NCBI GenBank assembly: GCA_036490515.1
Contig: DASXDU010000039.1
Location: 4,140-68,139 of the forward strand
From: Polyangiaceae bacterium
GTDB lineage: Bacteria; Myxococcota_A; Polyangia; Polyangiales; Polyangiaceae
DNA: 64,000 nucleotides
Direction of reading: 5' to 3'
Positions within the stretch are counted from its first letter, which is position 1, and each line of letters opens with the position of its first letter. The notes beneath the pieces were generated by a model, which did not search any database, was not told the DNA's origin, and was given only the letters and a program-made list of their open reading frames with translations. Positions 20,828-31,614 of the stretch are shown piece after piece. A program made the position numbers and the translations under genes.

Positions 20828-22404
20828 AACGCCGGGGCGGGCTGGCGCTCGTCGTCGCGGGGTGCCTTTCGCTCGGCGCCACGTGCGAGCGGAACCCCAC
20901 GGTCTCGTTCGAGGTCGTCCTGCCCACGTCGGTCGCCGACCAGGCGCAGTGGATGCAGATCGGCGTCTACGAGGGCGCCTGCCCGTCGCAGGACCAGCTC
21001 GGGGGGGGCATCCCCGCGAGCGGCGCGGTGGCAGAGGTCGCGTTCCAGAAGGGAGACGACTCGCCGCCGGTCATCGGAGCGCTGAAGAAGGCGGAGTACG
21101 CGTTCGCTGCGGCGGCGCGCGCGGCGGACTGCAGCGTCGTCGCGACCGGCTGCACGCAGGCGGACGTGACCGAGGCGCGCGACGTGTCGATCAGCCTGGG
21201 AGCGACGAGCGCCTCCGCGGGCGCTTGCACGAGCGGCGAGACGTGCGCGGACGGGCGGTGCGTACCCACGAGCGACCCCAACGACCCGACGCTGGGCGCT
21301 GGCTGCTCGATGCAGCTGGTCGGCGCGGGCCCGCTCGGCCTCCCGCTCGAGCTCTCGGGCAGCGATACCGCCAGCACGCCGGCCGTCGTCGTGACCGAGG
21401 CCGGCTTCCTCGTCGCGTACCGCGAGTACGATCCCAACGCGGGCGCGGCGCAGCTCACCGTGGCCGTCGTCGACGAGGGCGGTTCGATCACCATCCCCGC
21501 GCCGACCCAGCTCCCCGGGCAGTGCACCGGCTCCGACGAGAGCGACGCCGTGGGCGCGGCGTACGCGGGCGGCTCCGGCGTCGTCGTCTCCGCGCGCCCC
21601 GCGTGCGCGGGTGGCAGCGGCGCGGGGTTCGACGTCTTCGCGGTCGACGCGAGCGCCACGGTCCTCACGTCCGGGTTCGACTCCCTCGCCGGGGCGGCGC
21701 TGCTCTCGAACGACCACGCGGTCGCCTTGTCGGGCGCCACGACGGGCTACGTCGCCTACCTGGACCAGGGGTCGGCGAACCTCGTCGGGCTCGGAGGCCT
21801 CCAGACCACGGGGGCTGCGGCACGGTTCGGCGGCGCTCCACCCCAGACCCTCGCTCAGGTCGCCGCGACCGACCAGACCGTCGCGCTCCTTGCGGGCACG
21901 GGGACGAAGCTCGAGCTCCAGCTCGGCACGGCCTCCGTCGACGGCGGCGCCCCCTTCACGATGCCCGGGACCTTCGGCGCGGTGGCCGCGCAGGGCTCGC
22001 GGGCCTTCCTGCTGGCGGGGAACACCGGGGCGACGTCCCTCTCGTTCGAGACGGTCGACGTCGGCGCCACGAGCGCGGCACCGAGCACCTCGTTCACGCC
22101 TCCGGGGCAAGGCGGGATCGCCGGAGCGGACGTCGCCGCCGCGGGCGATCGGCTCTTCTTCGCGGTCGAGCAGCCGGGCGCGCTCTCGGTCGTCGTCTAC
22201 GATCACGCCTCGACCTCGCCCGTGCCGCTCGCGACCGTCCTGCTCGCGGACGATGCGCGCATCCCCTCGCAGGAGACGGTCCGGGACGGTCGAATCGCGC
22301 TGGCGGCGAGCGACTCGCGCGTGCTCGTGGCATGGCTCACCGCGACCGATCTCGGGCCCGACGATCCCATCGGAGGGTACGCGCTCTTCGCCTGTTCGCC
22401 CTGA
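20749..22404 (+). CDS. Hypothetical lipoprotein, co-transcribed with the kinase
   Basis: Distal part of track ORF 19075..22404(+). Signal/lipobox KRRGGLALVVAGC begins at CTG 20824 (CTGA overlap with the kinase stop). The nearest canonical in-frame start is GTG 20749. Ala/Gly/Val-rich beta-type protein. Confidence 0.6.
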   Translation: MERRVQGREHHRPGGSDSDRPREPSLKRRGGLALVVAGCLSLGATCERNPTVSFEVVLPTSVADQAQWMQIGVYEGACPSQDQLGGGIPASGAVAEVAFQKGDDSPPVIGALKKAEYAFAAAARAADCSVVATGCTQADVTEARDVSISLGATSASAGACTSGETCADGRCVPTSDPNDPTLGAGCSMQLVGAGPLGLPLELSGSDTASTPAVVVTEAGFLVAYREYDPNAGAAQLTVAVVDEGGSITIPAPTQLPGQCTGSDESDAVGAAYAGGSGVVVSARPACAGGSGAGFDVFAVDASATVLTSGFDSLAGAALLSNDHAVALSGATTGYVAYLDQGSANLVGLGGLQTTGAAARFGGAPPQTLAQVAATDQTVALLAGTGTKLELQLGTASVDGGAPFTMPGTFGAVAAQGSRAFLLAGNTGATSLSFETVDVGATSAAPSTSFTPPGQGGIAGADVAAAGDRLFFAVEQPGALSVVVYDHASTSPVPLATVLLADDARIPSQETVRDGRIALAASDSRVLVAWLTATDLGPDDPIGGYALFACSP

Positions 22405-22418
22405 TCCGGCCGTTCGGG

Positions 22419-23717
22419 ATGTGCCATGGTGCACGCATGCAGCGGCTGCGCGTCGAAGCGACGATCGCGTCCCTCGCCCCCGGGGGAGACGGCGTGGCGC
22501 ACTTCGAGGCGGGCGGCGAACGGCGCGCGCTGTTCGTGCCCTTCACCGTGCCGGGGGACGTCGTGCGCGCCGAGGTCGACCCCTCGCGGCGTCCCGCCCG
22601 GGGTCGTGTCGTCGAGCTGATCCAGTCCGGACCGGGCCGCGTCGAACCCCCGTGCGCGTGGTTCGCACGCTGCGGCGGGTGCGACTGGATGCACCTCGCG
22701 CACGACGCCCAGGCCGGCGCGCACGCCGACCTGCTCCGCGGCGCGCTCCCTGCCGCGTGGCGCGACCTCGACCTTCCGGTCCACGTCGAGCGCGATCCCG
22801 ACACGCTCCGCTCGCGCGCACGGGTGCACGTACGCTGCGAGCGGGGCCGGGTAGACGTCGGGATGCACGAGGCGGGGACGCACGATCCCGTCAGCGTGGA
22901 CGTCTGCTGCATCCTCCAGCCCGCGATCGAGGGCGCGCGGCGCGAGCTCGCGTCGCTCTTCACGTCGAGCCGCGGCCGGGGAGACGTGCAGATCGCCCTC
23001 GGCGTCGGAGGGCGACCCGTCCTCGAAGTCCGCTGGACCGGCGACGTCGCCCCCGCGTGTTTTGGTCGGCTCGAGAAGGCGGTCGGGTCGGGAGCGCTCG
23101 CCGGGGCACGCCTCTGGGTCGGCGAGGCGTCGCGGCCTGCCGTGGTGGGCGACCCCACGCCGTGGACCCCGGCGGGGGACGGAGCGCCGCTCCGCCTCGC
23201 TCCCGGAGGGTTCGGCCAGGCGAGCGCGCACATGAACGCGAGGCTCGTGAAGTACGTCGCCGGGGAGGCGGGTCCCCTGCACGCCACGAAGGCGGTGGAG
23301 CTCTACGCGGGCGCGGGAAACCTGAGCGTCCTTCTGGCGCGCGGCGCGCGCGACCTCGTGCTCGTCGAGTCGAACCGGGAGGCGTGCGAGGCGGCGCGGG
23401 CGAATCTCGCCGCCCGGTCACTCGAGGCGCGCGTGATCGAGGCCGACGCGGCCACGTACGTCTGGCCCAGCACGACGCGCCTCGTGGTGCTCGATCCGCC
23501 TCGGACGGGCGCCCGCGAGGTGTGCACGCGGCTCGCGTCGTCGCGCGTCGCGCGGGTCGTCTACGTGAGCTGCGACACGCAGACCCTCGCCCGCGACCTC
23601 GCCATCCTCGCGTCCGCCTACGTCCCTCGCTCCGTCGCGGCGTTCGAGATGTTCCCTGAGACGAGCCACGTCGAGGCGGTCGTCGTGCTCGACCGCGTCA
23701 CCGGTCGCCGCGCATGA
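22419..23717 (+). CDS. Class I SAM-dependent RNA (uracil-5) methyltransferase, TrmA/RlmD family
   Basis: Distal part of track ORF 20862..23717(+). Start is ATG 22419 or ATG 22437. TRAM-like N-terminus, Cys cluster CAWFARCGGCDW, SAM motif ELYAGAGNLS, DPPRTG, VYVSCD. Confidence 0.85.
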   Translation: MCHGARMQRLRVEATIASLAPGGDGVAHFEAGGERRALFVPFTVPGDVVRAEVDPSRRPARGRVVELIQSGPGRVEPPCAWFARCGGCDWMHLAHDAQAGAHADLLRGALPAAWRDLDLPVHVERDPDTLRSRARVHVRCERGRVDVGMHEAGTHDPVSVDVCCILQPAIEGARRELASLFTSSRGRGDVQIALGVGGRPVLEVRWTGDVAPACFGRLEKAVGSGALAGARLWVGEASRPAVVGDPTPWTPAGDGAPLRLAPGGFGQASAHMNARLVKYVAGEAGPLHATKAVELYAGAGNLSVLLARGARDLVLVESNREACEAARANLAARSLEARVIEADAATYVWPSTTRLVVLDPPRTGAREVCTRLASSRVARVVYVSCDTQTLARDLAILASAYVPRSVAAFEMFPETSHVEAVVVLDRVTGRRA

Positions 23718-23902
23718 AGACCCGCGTGGACGACCGCCTTCGCGACGAGGCCCGGCGATACGCCTTCCGCTTTGCCTGCGACGATTGCGTCCACTTCGAT
23801 GCGGCCTCCTCGCGGTGCTCGCTCGGGTACCCGAGCGCCCCCCGGCGCGACGCCCTCGAGGGCGCCCTCCTCGAGCTCTGCAAGTCCTTCGAGCTCGCGT
23901 GA
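23714..23902 (+). CDS. Small Cys-containing hypothetical protein
   Basis: 62-aa ORF whose ATG overlaps the upstream stop (ATGA). Sequence includes CDDC..x9..C..x20..C. Sits between the methyltransferase gene and tilS. Confidence 0.45.
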   Translation: MKTRVDDRLRDEARRYAFRFACDDCVHFDAASSRCSLGYPSAPRRDALEGALLELCKSFELA

Positions 23903-23910
23903 CTCCCACC

Positions 23911-24621
23911 ATGGCACGCACCCACCCGCCGACCCTCATCACCCTCGCTCGCGCGGCCCTGCGTGATCACCCCTCCATGGTCCCGCGCGGCGCCCGCGTC
24001 CTCGTCGCCGTCAGCGGCGGCCCCGACTCGATGGCCCTGCTCCACGTGCTCGCCCTCCTGCGAGCGCGGTCGGCGTTCGGCCTCTTCGCCCACGGCGTCG
24101 ACCACGGCCTCCGGCCGGGGGCCGCCGCGGAGCTCGATGGCGCCGCCGATCTCGCGGACCGCCTCGACGTACCGTTCGCGCGCACCGCCGTCGGCGTCGG
24201 CGCGGGCGGCAACCTCCAGGCACGCGCCCGGGCCGCCCGCTGGGAGGCATTGCGCGCTGCGGCATCGAACGTCGGAGCCGCCCGCATCGCCACCGGCCAC
24301 CACGCCGACGACCGCGCCGAGACCGTCCTCCTGCGCATCCTTCGCGGCACCCGTCCGGCGGGCCTGGGCGTCCTCCCGCCTCACGACGGCGATCGCATTC
24401 GCCCCTTCTACCGGGCTCGCCGGTCCGACATCGGCGCCCACGTCGCCCGCCATCGGCTCCCCCACGCGAACGACCCGTCCAACCTCGATCCCCGCTTCCT
24501 GCGCACGCGTGTGAGGCAGGAGATCGTTCCCGCGCTCGAACGCCTGAGCCCGCGGATCATCGAACATCTGTGCGCGCTCGCCGACGACGCCAGGACCGCG
24601 AGAGACTGCTCGCCAGGCTGA
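23911..24621 (+). CDS. tilS: tRNA(Ile)-lysidine synthetase (short form)
   Basis: Track ORF 23785..24621(+), ATG 23911. PP-loop VAVSGGPDSMAL, ATGHHADDRAETVLLR, RPFY..RR.DI. Confidence 0.88.
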   Translation: MARTHPPTLITLARAALRDHPSMVPRGARVLVAVSGGPDSMALLHVLALLRARSAFGLFAHGVDHGLRPGAAAELDGAADLADRLDVPFARTAVGVGAGGNLQARARAARWEALRAAASNVGAARIATGHHADDRAETVLLRILRGTRPAGLGVLPPHDGDRIRPFYRARRSDIGAHVARHRLPHANDPSNLDPRFLRTRVRQEIVPALERLSPRIIEHLCALADDARTARDCSPG

Positions 24622-24825
24622 CCGGGCGCTCGCGGGCCACGGACGGCCCGTGCCCGGCCCACGACCGGACCCAGGACCGAGCCCACGACCGGGACCGTTC
24701 GCGGCGATCTTTCAGCACAATTTCGCCATCGGTGGCGCTGGATGCCACCCCACCTCGATGGTACGCATCGTAGGTAGTAGATTGGTTGCGTGGGGAAGGT
24801 CGCCCTTCCCGCCCAAGGAGTCGAC

Positions 24826-26796
<1,971 letters not shown>

Positions 26797-26885
26797 AGCC
26801 GCCTTCCAGAAGCGCGGCTGTCGCGCCGTCTGAAACATGCGGCTCAGCCGGTCCGGACGGCACCCGGCTTGCTCACCGTGTGGGC

Positions 26886-27179
26886 ATGACCCTTCTGGAG
26901 CTCGTCATCTATCTCGTCATCGCCGGCATCTGTGGCGCCATTGCGCGCGCCGTGGCGGGCGGCACCGGAGGCGGCTTCATCGTCTCCGTGCTGCTCGGCT
27001 TCCTGGGTGCCTTCCTGGGCACGTGGATCGCGCGCCTCGCGCACCTCCCGGAGCTCATCATGGTCGACATCGGCGGCCACCCCTTCCCCATCGTGTGGTC
27101 GATCATCGGCGCGATCATCCTCGCCGCCATCGCGCACGCGCTGATGCGACCCCCGTACGTCCGTCGCTACGTACCGTGA
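26886..27179 (+). CDS. GlsB/YeaQ/YmgE family small membrane (transglycosylase-associated) protein
   Basis: Distal 97 codons of track ORF 26403..27179(+), ATG 26886. Three Gly-rich TM helices (ICGAIARAVAGG, GFLGAFLGTWIA, IIGAIILAAIAH). Confidence 0.75.
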   Translation: MTLLELVIYLVIAGICGAIARAVAGGTGGGFIVSVLLGFLGAFLGTWIARLAHLPELIMVDIGGHPFPIVWSIIGAIILAAIAHALMRPPYVRRYVP

Positions 27180-27221
27180 GCCGTCGCCCTCTCGCGAGGG
27201 CCGGCGGGGAGGGGCGAGAGC

Positions 27222-28064
27222 TCAGGCTGCAGCGGCAACACGAAGCTGCGACCTGAGCTCTCCGTTTTCTCCGAACAGGCGCTCCCGCCACGTGTCGAGC
27301 AACGCGGACGTGTCGCGGTCGTCGGGGTGGAACCCGGGCCGGAAGTAGTCGAGGTAGGCCGGCACGAGCGCGCGGAAGAGGCCCGGGCGTACCCAGAAGT
27401 ACGCGAGGGCACGCATCCAGCCGCGGACGTTCCCGAGCTCTCCCTCCGCGGCGAGGAAGCGCGCGTGCACGTGGAGGGTCTCGCCGAAGAAGAAGGCGGA
27501 CGTGAGGAGCATCACGGCGACGCGGCGCGCGTACCCTCCGCCGACGGCGCGGTACACGTCGAAGGCGACGGCCTTGTGCTCGCTCTCCTCGAGGGCGTGC
27601 CACACCCAGAGGGGCCGCACGCTCTCGTGGCCCGCGTCGCGGTGCTCCGCGCTGGTGAGCAGCTGCTCGGCGAGGATTGCCGTGAAGTGCTCGAGGGCGC
27701 ACGTGACGCCCAGCTGGCCGCGCGGCGAGAGCGTCCTCCGCGCGAGCCACAGCAGCCGCCGCAGGCCCTTCTCCGCCCGGTCGGCTGCGCCCGTACCGCG
27801 CGCCCGCACCAGGTCGTTGAACGCGCGGTGTCCCTTCCCGTGCATCGCCTCCTGGGCGATGAACGCGTCGATCGCCGCCCGCTGCGCGGGGTCGTCGATC
27901 CGGTCGCGGAAGCGGCGGACCGACTCGACGAAGAAGCGCTCGCCCTCGGGGAAGAGCAGCGAGAGCGCGTTCCAGAACGTCGTGAGGTGAGGATCGCCGC
28001 GGTACCAGTCGCGAGGGACGACCTGCGGATCGAACGCGAACTCGACGCGTCGCTTGACGATCAT
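27222..28064 (-). CDS. Metal-dependent hydrolase family protein (helical, His/Glu-rich)
   Basis: Track ORF 27222..28139(-), ATG 28064 (MIVKRRVEF). LLFPEGERFF, QEAMHGKGH, ALEHFTA and EESEHKAVAFDVY are typical of the predicted metal-dependent hydrolase family. Confidence 0.65.
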   Translation of the reverse strand: MIVKRRVEFAFDPQVVPRDWYRGDPHLTTFWNALSLLFPEGERFFVESVRRFRDRIDDPAQRAAIDAFIAQEAMHGKGHRAFNDLVRARGTGAADRAEKGLRRLLWLARRTLSPRGQLGVTCALEHFTAILAEQLLTSAEHRDAGHESVRPLWVWHALEESEHKAVAFDVYRAVGGGYARRVAVMLLTSAFFFGETLHVHARFLAAEGELGNVRGWMRALAYFWVRPGLFRALVPAYLDYFRPGFHPDDRDTSALLDTWRERLFGENGELRSQLRVAAAA

Positions 28065-29154
28065 GGCCCGAGGACTGTGCGTTGGTCGCGTCCGGCGGGC
28101 CAGGTTAGGTTGTGCCGTCGTCTTGTCATCCGGGGCCAACCTCGCCGTCGTCCCTGCCGAGCTCCCCGGCGCCTACCTCTACGAGCTCGTCGTCCACTGC
28201 GGCCGGTGGGGTGTGACGCCCGCGGCGCTGCTCGAGGGCACGGGCATCGCGATGGCCGCCCTCGAGGACCCTGCGACGCGCCTCCCCCTCGACCGGTGCG
28301 CCGCCCTCGTCGAGCGCGCCCAGCTCCTCACGAGCCAGCCCGCCCTCGCCTTCTCGATGGGCATGCACATGCGCCTCTCGTGGCACGGCTTCCTCGGGTT
28401 CGCCGCGATGGCCGCGGGCACCGTGCGCGAGGCCCTGGCGCTCGCCGAGCGCTTCAGCCTCACGCGCACGTCGGCGTTCTCGCTCGCGACGCACGTCGAG
28501 GGCTCCATCGCGTCCCTCGTCCTCGAGGAGCGCCTTCCGGCCGGGCCAATGCGCGAGTTCGCGGTCATCGCGCTCCTCGTCGGCATCGCGCGCATCGCCG
28601 ACGACGTCACGGGAAAGAGCCTCACGGGCGTCGCCGAGTGCGCCTTCCCCGAGCCACCCTACGCGTCGGCCGTCCTCGGCCTCCGCGGCGATCGCGGCGT
28701 CATGCGCTTCGGCCAGCCCGCGCACCGCCTCGTCTTCGACGCATCCATCCTCGACCTCCCGCTCGTCAACGCCGACCCGGCTGCGATGAAGCTCGCCCGG
28801 GCCCAGTGCGACCGCGAGCTCGCCGCCCTCGCCGAGACCGGAGGCATCGTCGGGCGCGTGCGCTCGGCGCTCGCGACGAGCGAGGACGGCGTGGCCTTCG
28901 GGTCCCTCGCGTCCGTGGCGCGCGCGCTCGGGGCGTCGACGCGCACCCTCAAGCGGCGTCTCGCCGAGCAGGGCACGTCGTTCACCGAGATCCTCGACGC
29001 CACCCGGCGGCAGCGCGCTCTGCTCCTCCTCGACGACCGCCGCCTCGGCATCGCCGAGATCGCCGATCGCCTCGGGTACTCCGACGTCGCGAACTTCACG
29101 CGCGCGTTCCGAAGGTGGACGGGAACGACGCCGGCGGGGTTCCGGGGGAGGTAG
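28063..29154 (+). CDS. AraC-family transcriptional regulator
   Basis: Track ORF 28054..29154(+). C-terminal double HTH: SLASVARALGASTRTLKRRL and IAEIADRLGYSDVANFTRAFRRWTG. N-terminal AraC-type effector domain. The start is uncertain (ATG 28063 or TTG 28123). Confidence 0.88.
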   Translation: MARGLCVGRVRRARLGCAVVLSSGANLAVVPAELPGAYLYELVVHCGRWGVTPAALLEGTGIAMAALEDPATRLPLDRCAALVERAQLLTSQPALAFSMGMHMRLSWHGFLGFAAMAAGTVREALALAERFSLTRTSAFSLATHVEGSIASLVLEERLPAGPMREFAVIALLVGIARIADDVTGKSLTGVAECAFPEPPYASAVLGLRGDRGVMRFGQPAHRLVFDASILDLPLVNADPAAMKLARAQCDRELAALAETGGIVGRVRSALATSEDGVAFGSLASVARALGASTRTLKRRLAEQGTSFTEILDATRRQRALLLLDDRRLGIAEIADRLGYSDVANFTRAFRRWTGTTPAGFRGR

Positions 29155-29164
29155 AGAGGGAGGT

Positions 29165-29242
29165 GGGCGCGAGCGCGAGCGCGAGCGCGAGCGGGGGCGC
29201 GGGCGCGGGCGCGGGCGTGGGCGCGGGCGTGGGCGCGGGCGC
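29165..29242. repeat. Degenerate hexamer array (GGGCGC/GAGCGC/GGGCGT), about 13 units, filling a convergent intergenic spacer
   Basis: Read directly: gggcgc gagcgc gagcgc gagcgc gagcgg gggcgc gggcgc gggcgc gggcgt gggcgc gggcgt gggcgc gggcgc. It lies between the AraC stop (29152-29154) and the LamG gene stop (29257-29259). Confidence 0.9.
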
Positions 29243-29256
29243 TGAGCGTGGGGCGC

Positions 29257-30309
29257 CTACTGGCCGGTGCCCACCTGGTAATGCAGCGCTATGCGGGCGG
29301 GCGTGAGGGCGTGGTCGTAGATGGCCACCTCGTCGATCGTTCCGCCGAAGCAGTCGGACGCCGAGAGGAAGTCGCTGTAGGTCGCCACGCGGAAGGCGTC
29401 GGTGAGCGACTCGATGACGCGGGTGCTGGGCGCGGAGCCCACGAGGGCGCCGTTCAGGTACGCGGACATCGTCGCGCCGTCGTACGTGACGACGACGTGC
29501 TGGTAGACGCCGACGGTGACGAACGTCCCCGTGGAGTCCGTGCCGCCCGATCCCCACCGCTCCCAGCTGAGGACGCCCATGCCCGAACCGCCATCGGGGC
29601 TCGCGGCCGCCACGTACGCCATGAGGAAGCCCTCGCGCCCGTTCGCGTCGTCGGTCTCCTTGGACATGAACCGCCGCGCCGCCGCGTCCCCCTCGTTGGG
29701 ATTCACCCACGCCTCGTAGCTCATCGGCGCCGTTCCTCCGAAGGCGAAGCCCGTCCCCATGTCGACGTACGCGGTCGCGCCGTCGAACGTGGCCGCCGTG
29801 TCCCCGTCGCCCGCGATGGCGCCCGGCGCACCGAGCGTGACGCCCCCGACGTACGTGCCGTTCGTCGCGCCCATCTGGTCGACCGCGACCGTGCCGCTCG
29901 CCTCGCCGAAGCGCCAGTACGAGAGCGGCAGGTCCGCCATCACGACGCTGGGATACGTGACCGCCGCGTCCACGCTCGCCTCCACGGAGGCGGCCTCGCC
30001 CGGAGCGTCGGCGGCGGCCTCGGGCACTACGTCCTCCGGTGCGTCGAACGGGGCGTCGACCGCCGCCTCCACCGGCGGCTCCGATGCCACGTCCGGCGGT
30101 GCGTCCGGAGCCGCCTCGGTCGTCACGTCGTGCCCCGCGTCCGCCGGACCACCCGAGTCGGGCGTCGTCGCGTCGAAGTGGCCCGTCCCCGAGTCGAACG
30201 AGATGCCGCCCCCGTCGTGCGTCGCGCCCGAGTCGTCCCCGAAGCAGGCGGCGAGGCCCAGGGGTGCCACGACGGCTGCGAGGACGATGGGCGTCCGGAG
30301 AATGCGCAT
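29257..30309 (-). CDS. LamG/concanavalin-A-like lectin domain lipoprotein
   Basis: Track ORF 29257..30357(-), ATG 30309 (MRILRTPIVLAAVVAPLGLAAC). Asp/Ala/Pro-rich linker. LSYWRFGE..G..A.D, SYEAWVNP, VVVTYDG..MSAYLNG and IDEVAIYDHALT are LamG hallmarks. Confidence 0.85.
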   Translation of the reverse strand: MRILRTPIVLAAVVAPLGLAACFGDDSGATHDGGGISFDSGTGHFDATTPDSGGPADAGHDVTTEAAPDAPPDVASEPPVEAAVDAPFDAPEDVVPEAAADAPGEAASVEASVDAAVTYPSVVMADLPLSYWRFGEASGTVAVDQMGATNGTYVGGVTLGAPGAIAGDGDTAATFDGATAYVDMGTGFAFGGTAPMSYEAWVNPNEGDAAARRFMSKETDDANGREGFLMAYVAAASPDGGSGMGVLSWERWGSGGTDSTGTFVTVGVYQHVVVTYDGATMSAYLNGALVGSAPSTRVIESLTDAFRVATYSDFLSASDCFGGTIDEVAIYDHALTPARIALHYQVGTGQ

Positions 30310-30366
30310 CCCTGCATGGTCGTGCCCCCGAGGTCCCGCTGGCAAGGCCGACCGCACGCGTGCCGG

Positions 30367-31314
30367 TCACGCGCCGTAGAACGCCTTGCCCTCCACGACC
30401 TGCCCGCGGTCGCCGAACCGCAGGTGCTCGGTGCAGTGCGCGGTCGCGCCGTCCTTCGTCCGATCGTAGACGACGACGAGCAGCCGCTCTTCGGGCGACC
30501 ACGCCACGTCCACGACGTCGAAGCGCATCGACCGCGTCGGCTTCACCGCCGACGTCCAGTAGGCACGCAGCGCGTCCTTTCCCTCGACGCGCGCCTTGCC
30601 CGTCAGCTGCTTCGCGAGGGGGCTCACGAAGACGACGTCGTCGGCGAAGTGCGCCAGCACGGCCTCGACGTCGAGCCGCGACCACGCCCCGGCCCACCGG
30701 CGCGCGAACGCCCAGGCCTCCTCGCGCGTCCGCGGTGCGCCGTCGTCCTTCTCGCCGCGCGCGAACCGCGCCGCGTCGAGCATGCGGTCCTGCCCCCAGA
30801 AGATCCGATCCCCGACGAGGAAGGTCGGCACGCCGAACGCCCCGCGCTTCACGACCGCATCCGTGCTCGCGCGAAGCGCCTCCTTCACGGACGGGTCGTC
30901 GAGCGCGTCCGCCACGGCCGGCGCGCCCGCCTCGCGCGCGACGGCCTTGACCACCTCGCGATCGCCGATGACCCGGTCCTCCTGCCACGCGGCCGCGAAC
31001 ATCGCCCGGTGGTACGCGTCGAACGCGCCCTCGCGCTGCGCCACGAGCGCTCCGCGGAGCGCGTGGACGCCGTTGATGGGAAACGTGGACGGCGGGGTGA
31101 GGGTCACCCCGAGCTGGTCGGCCACGCGTTTGGCGTCCTGGAGCAGGTACGCGAGCTTCGCCGGCGAGTACGGCACGCCGTCGCGGAACGCGTCGAAGCC
31201 CCGCAGGTACACGGGGACGTACGTGACCGGCAGGCCGGCGAATCGCTCGGCGATGGCGGACGACGCGAGGAACGACCAGGGGCTCGCGTAGTCGTAGGCG
31301 AACTCGATCGGCAT
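30367..31314 (-). CDS. DsbA-family 2-hydroxychromene-2-carboxylate isomerase fused to a SnoaL/NTF2-like domain
   Basis: Distal 315 codons of track ORF 30367..32037(-), ATG 31314. FAYDYASPWSF, GVPTFLVGDRIFWGQDR (HCCA isomerase/DsbA-like). C-terminal WSRLDVEAVLAHFADDVVFVSP is NTF2-like. Confidence 0.8.
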   Translation of the reverse strand: MPIEFAYDYASPWSFLASSAIAERFAGLPVTYVPVYLRGFDAFRDGVPYSPAKLAYLLQDAKRVADQLGVTLTPPSTFPINGVHALRGALVAQREGAFDAYHRAMFAAAWQEDRVIGDREVVKAVAREAGAPAVADALDDPSVKEALRASTDAVVKRGAFGVPTFLVGDRIFWGQDRMLDAARFARGEKDDGAPRTREEAWAFARRWAGAWSRLDVEAVLAHFADDVVFVSPLAKQLTGKARVEGKDALRAYWTSAVKPTRSMRFDVVDVAWSPEERLLVVVYDRTKDGATAHCTEHLRFGDRGQVVEGKAFYGA

Positions 31315-31614
31315 CCTCGGTCGGTAGGCCGGGCCACGCGGCCCGTCCAGGTACACGACCGCGCCTCTCTCACCCGAACAGGCGCTCGGCCACCCGAAGA
31401 GGCGCTGGGCGCCCGAACCGCCGCTCCGCGCAGGGGGGCCAGCACGGTGAAGGTGGGACATGTGTCGATCGTTACTGGAATCGTACAGACACACGGTATG
31501 CGTCCAGCCAGCGCCGTCGAATGGGGACGTACATTTCCACCGGGAGCCTAAAGACGCGCCCTCAGCGAACGCCCCCGCCACGGTGCGGGGGCCCTTCTCG
31601 AGGGGAATCCAATC

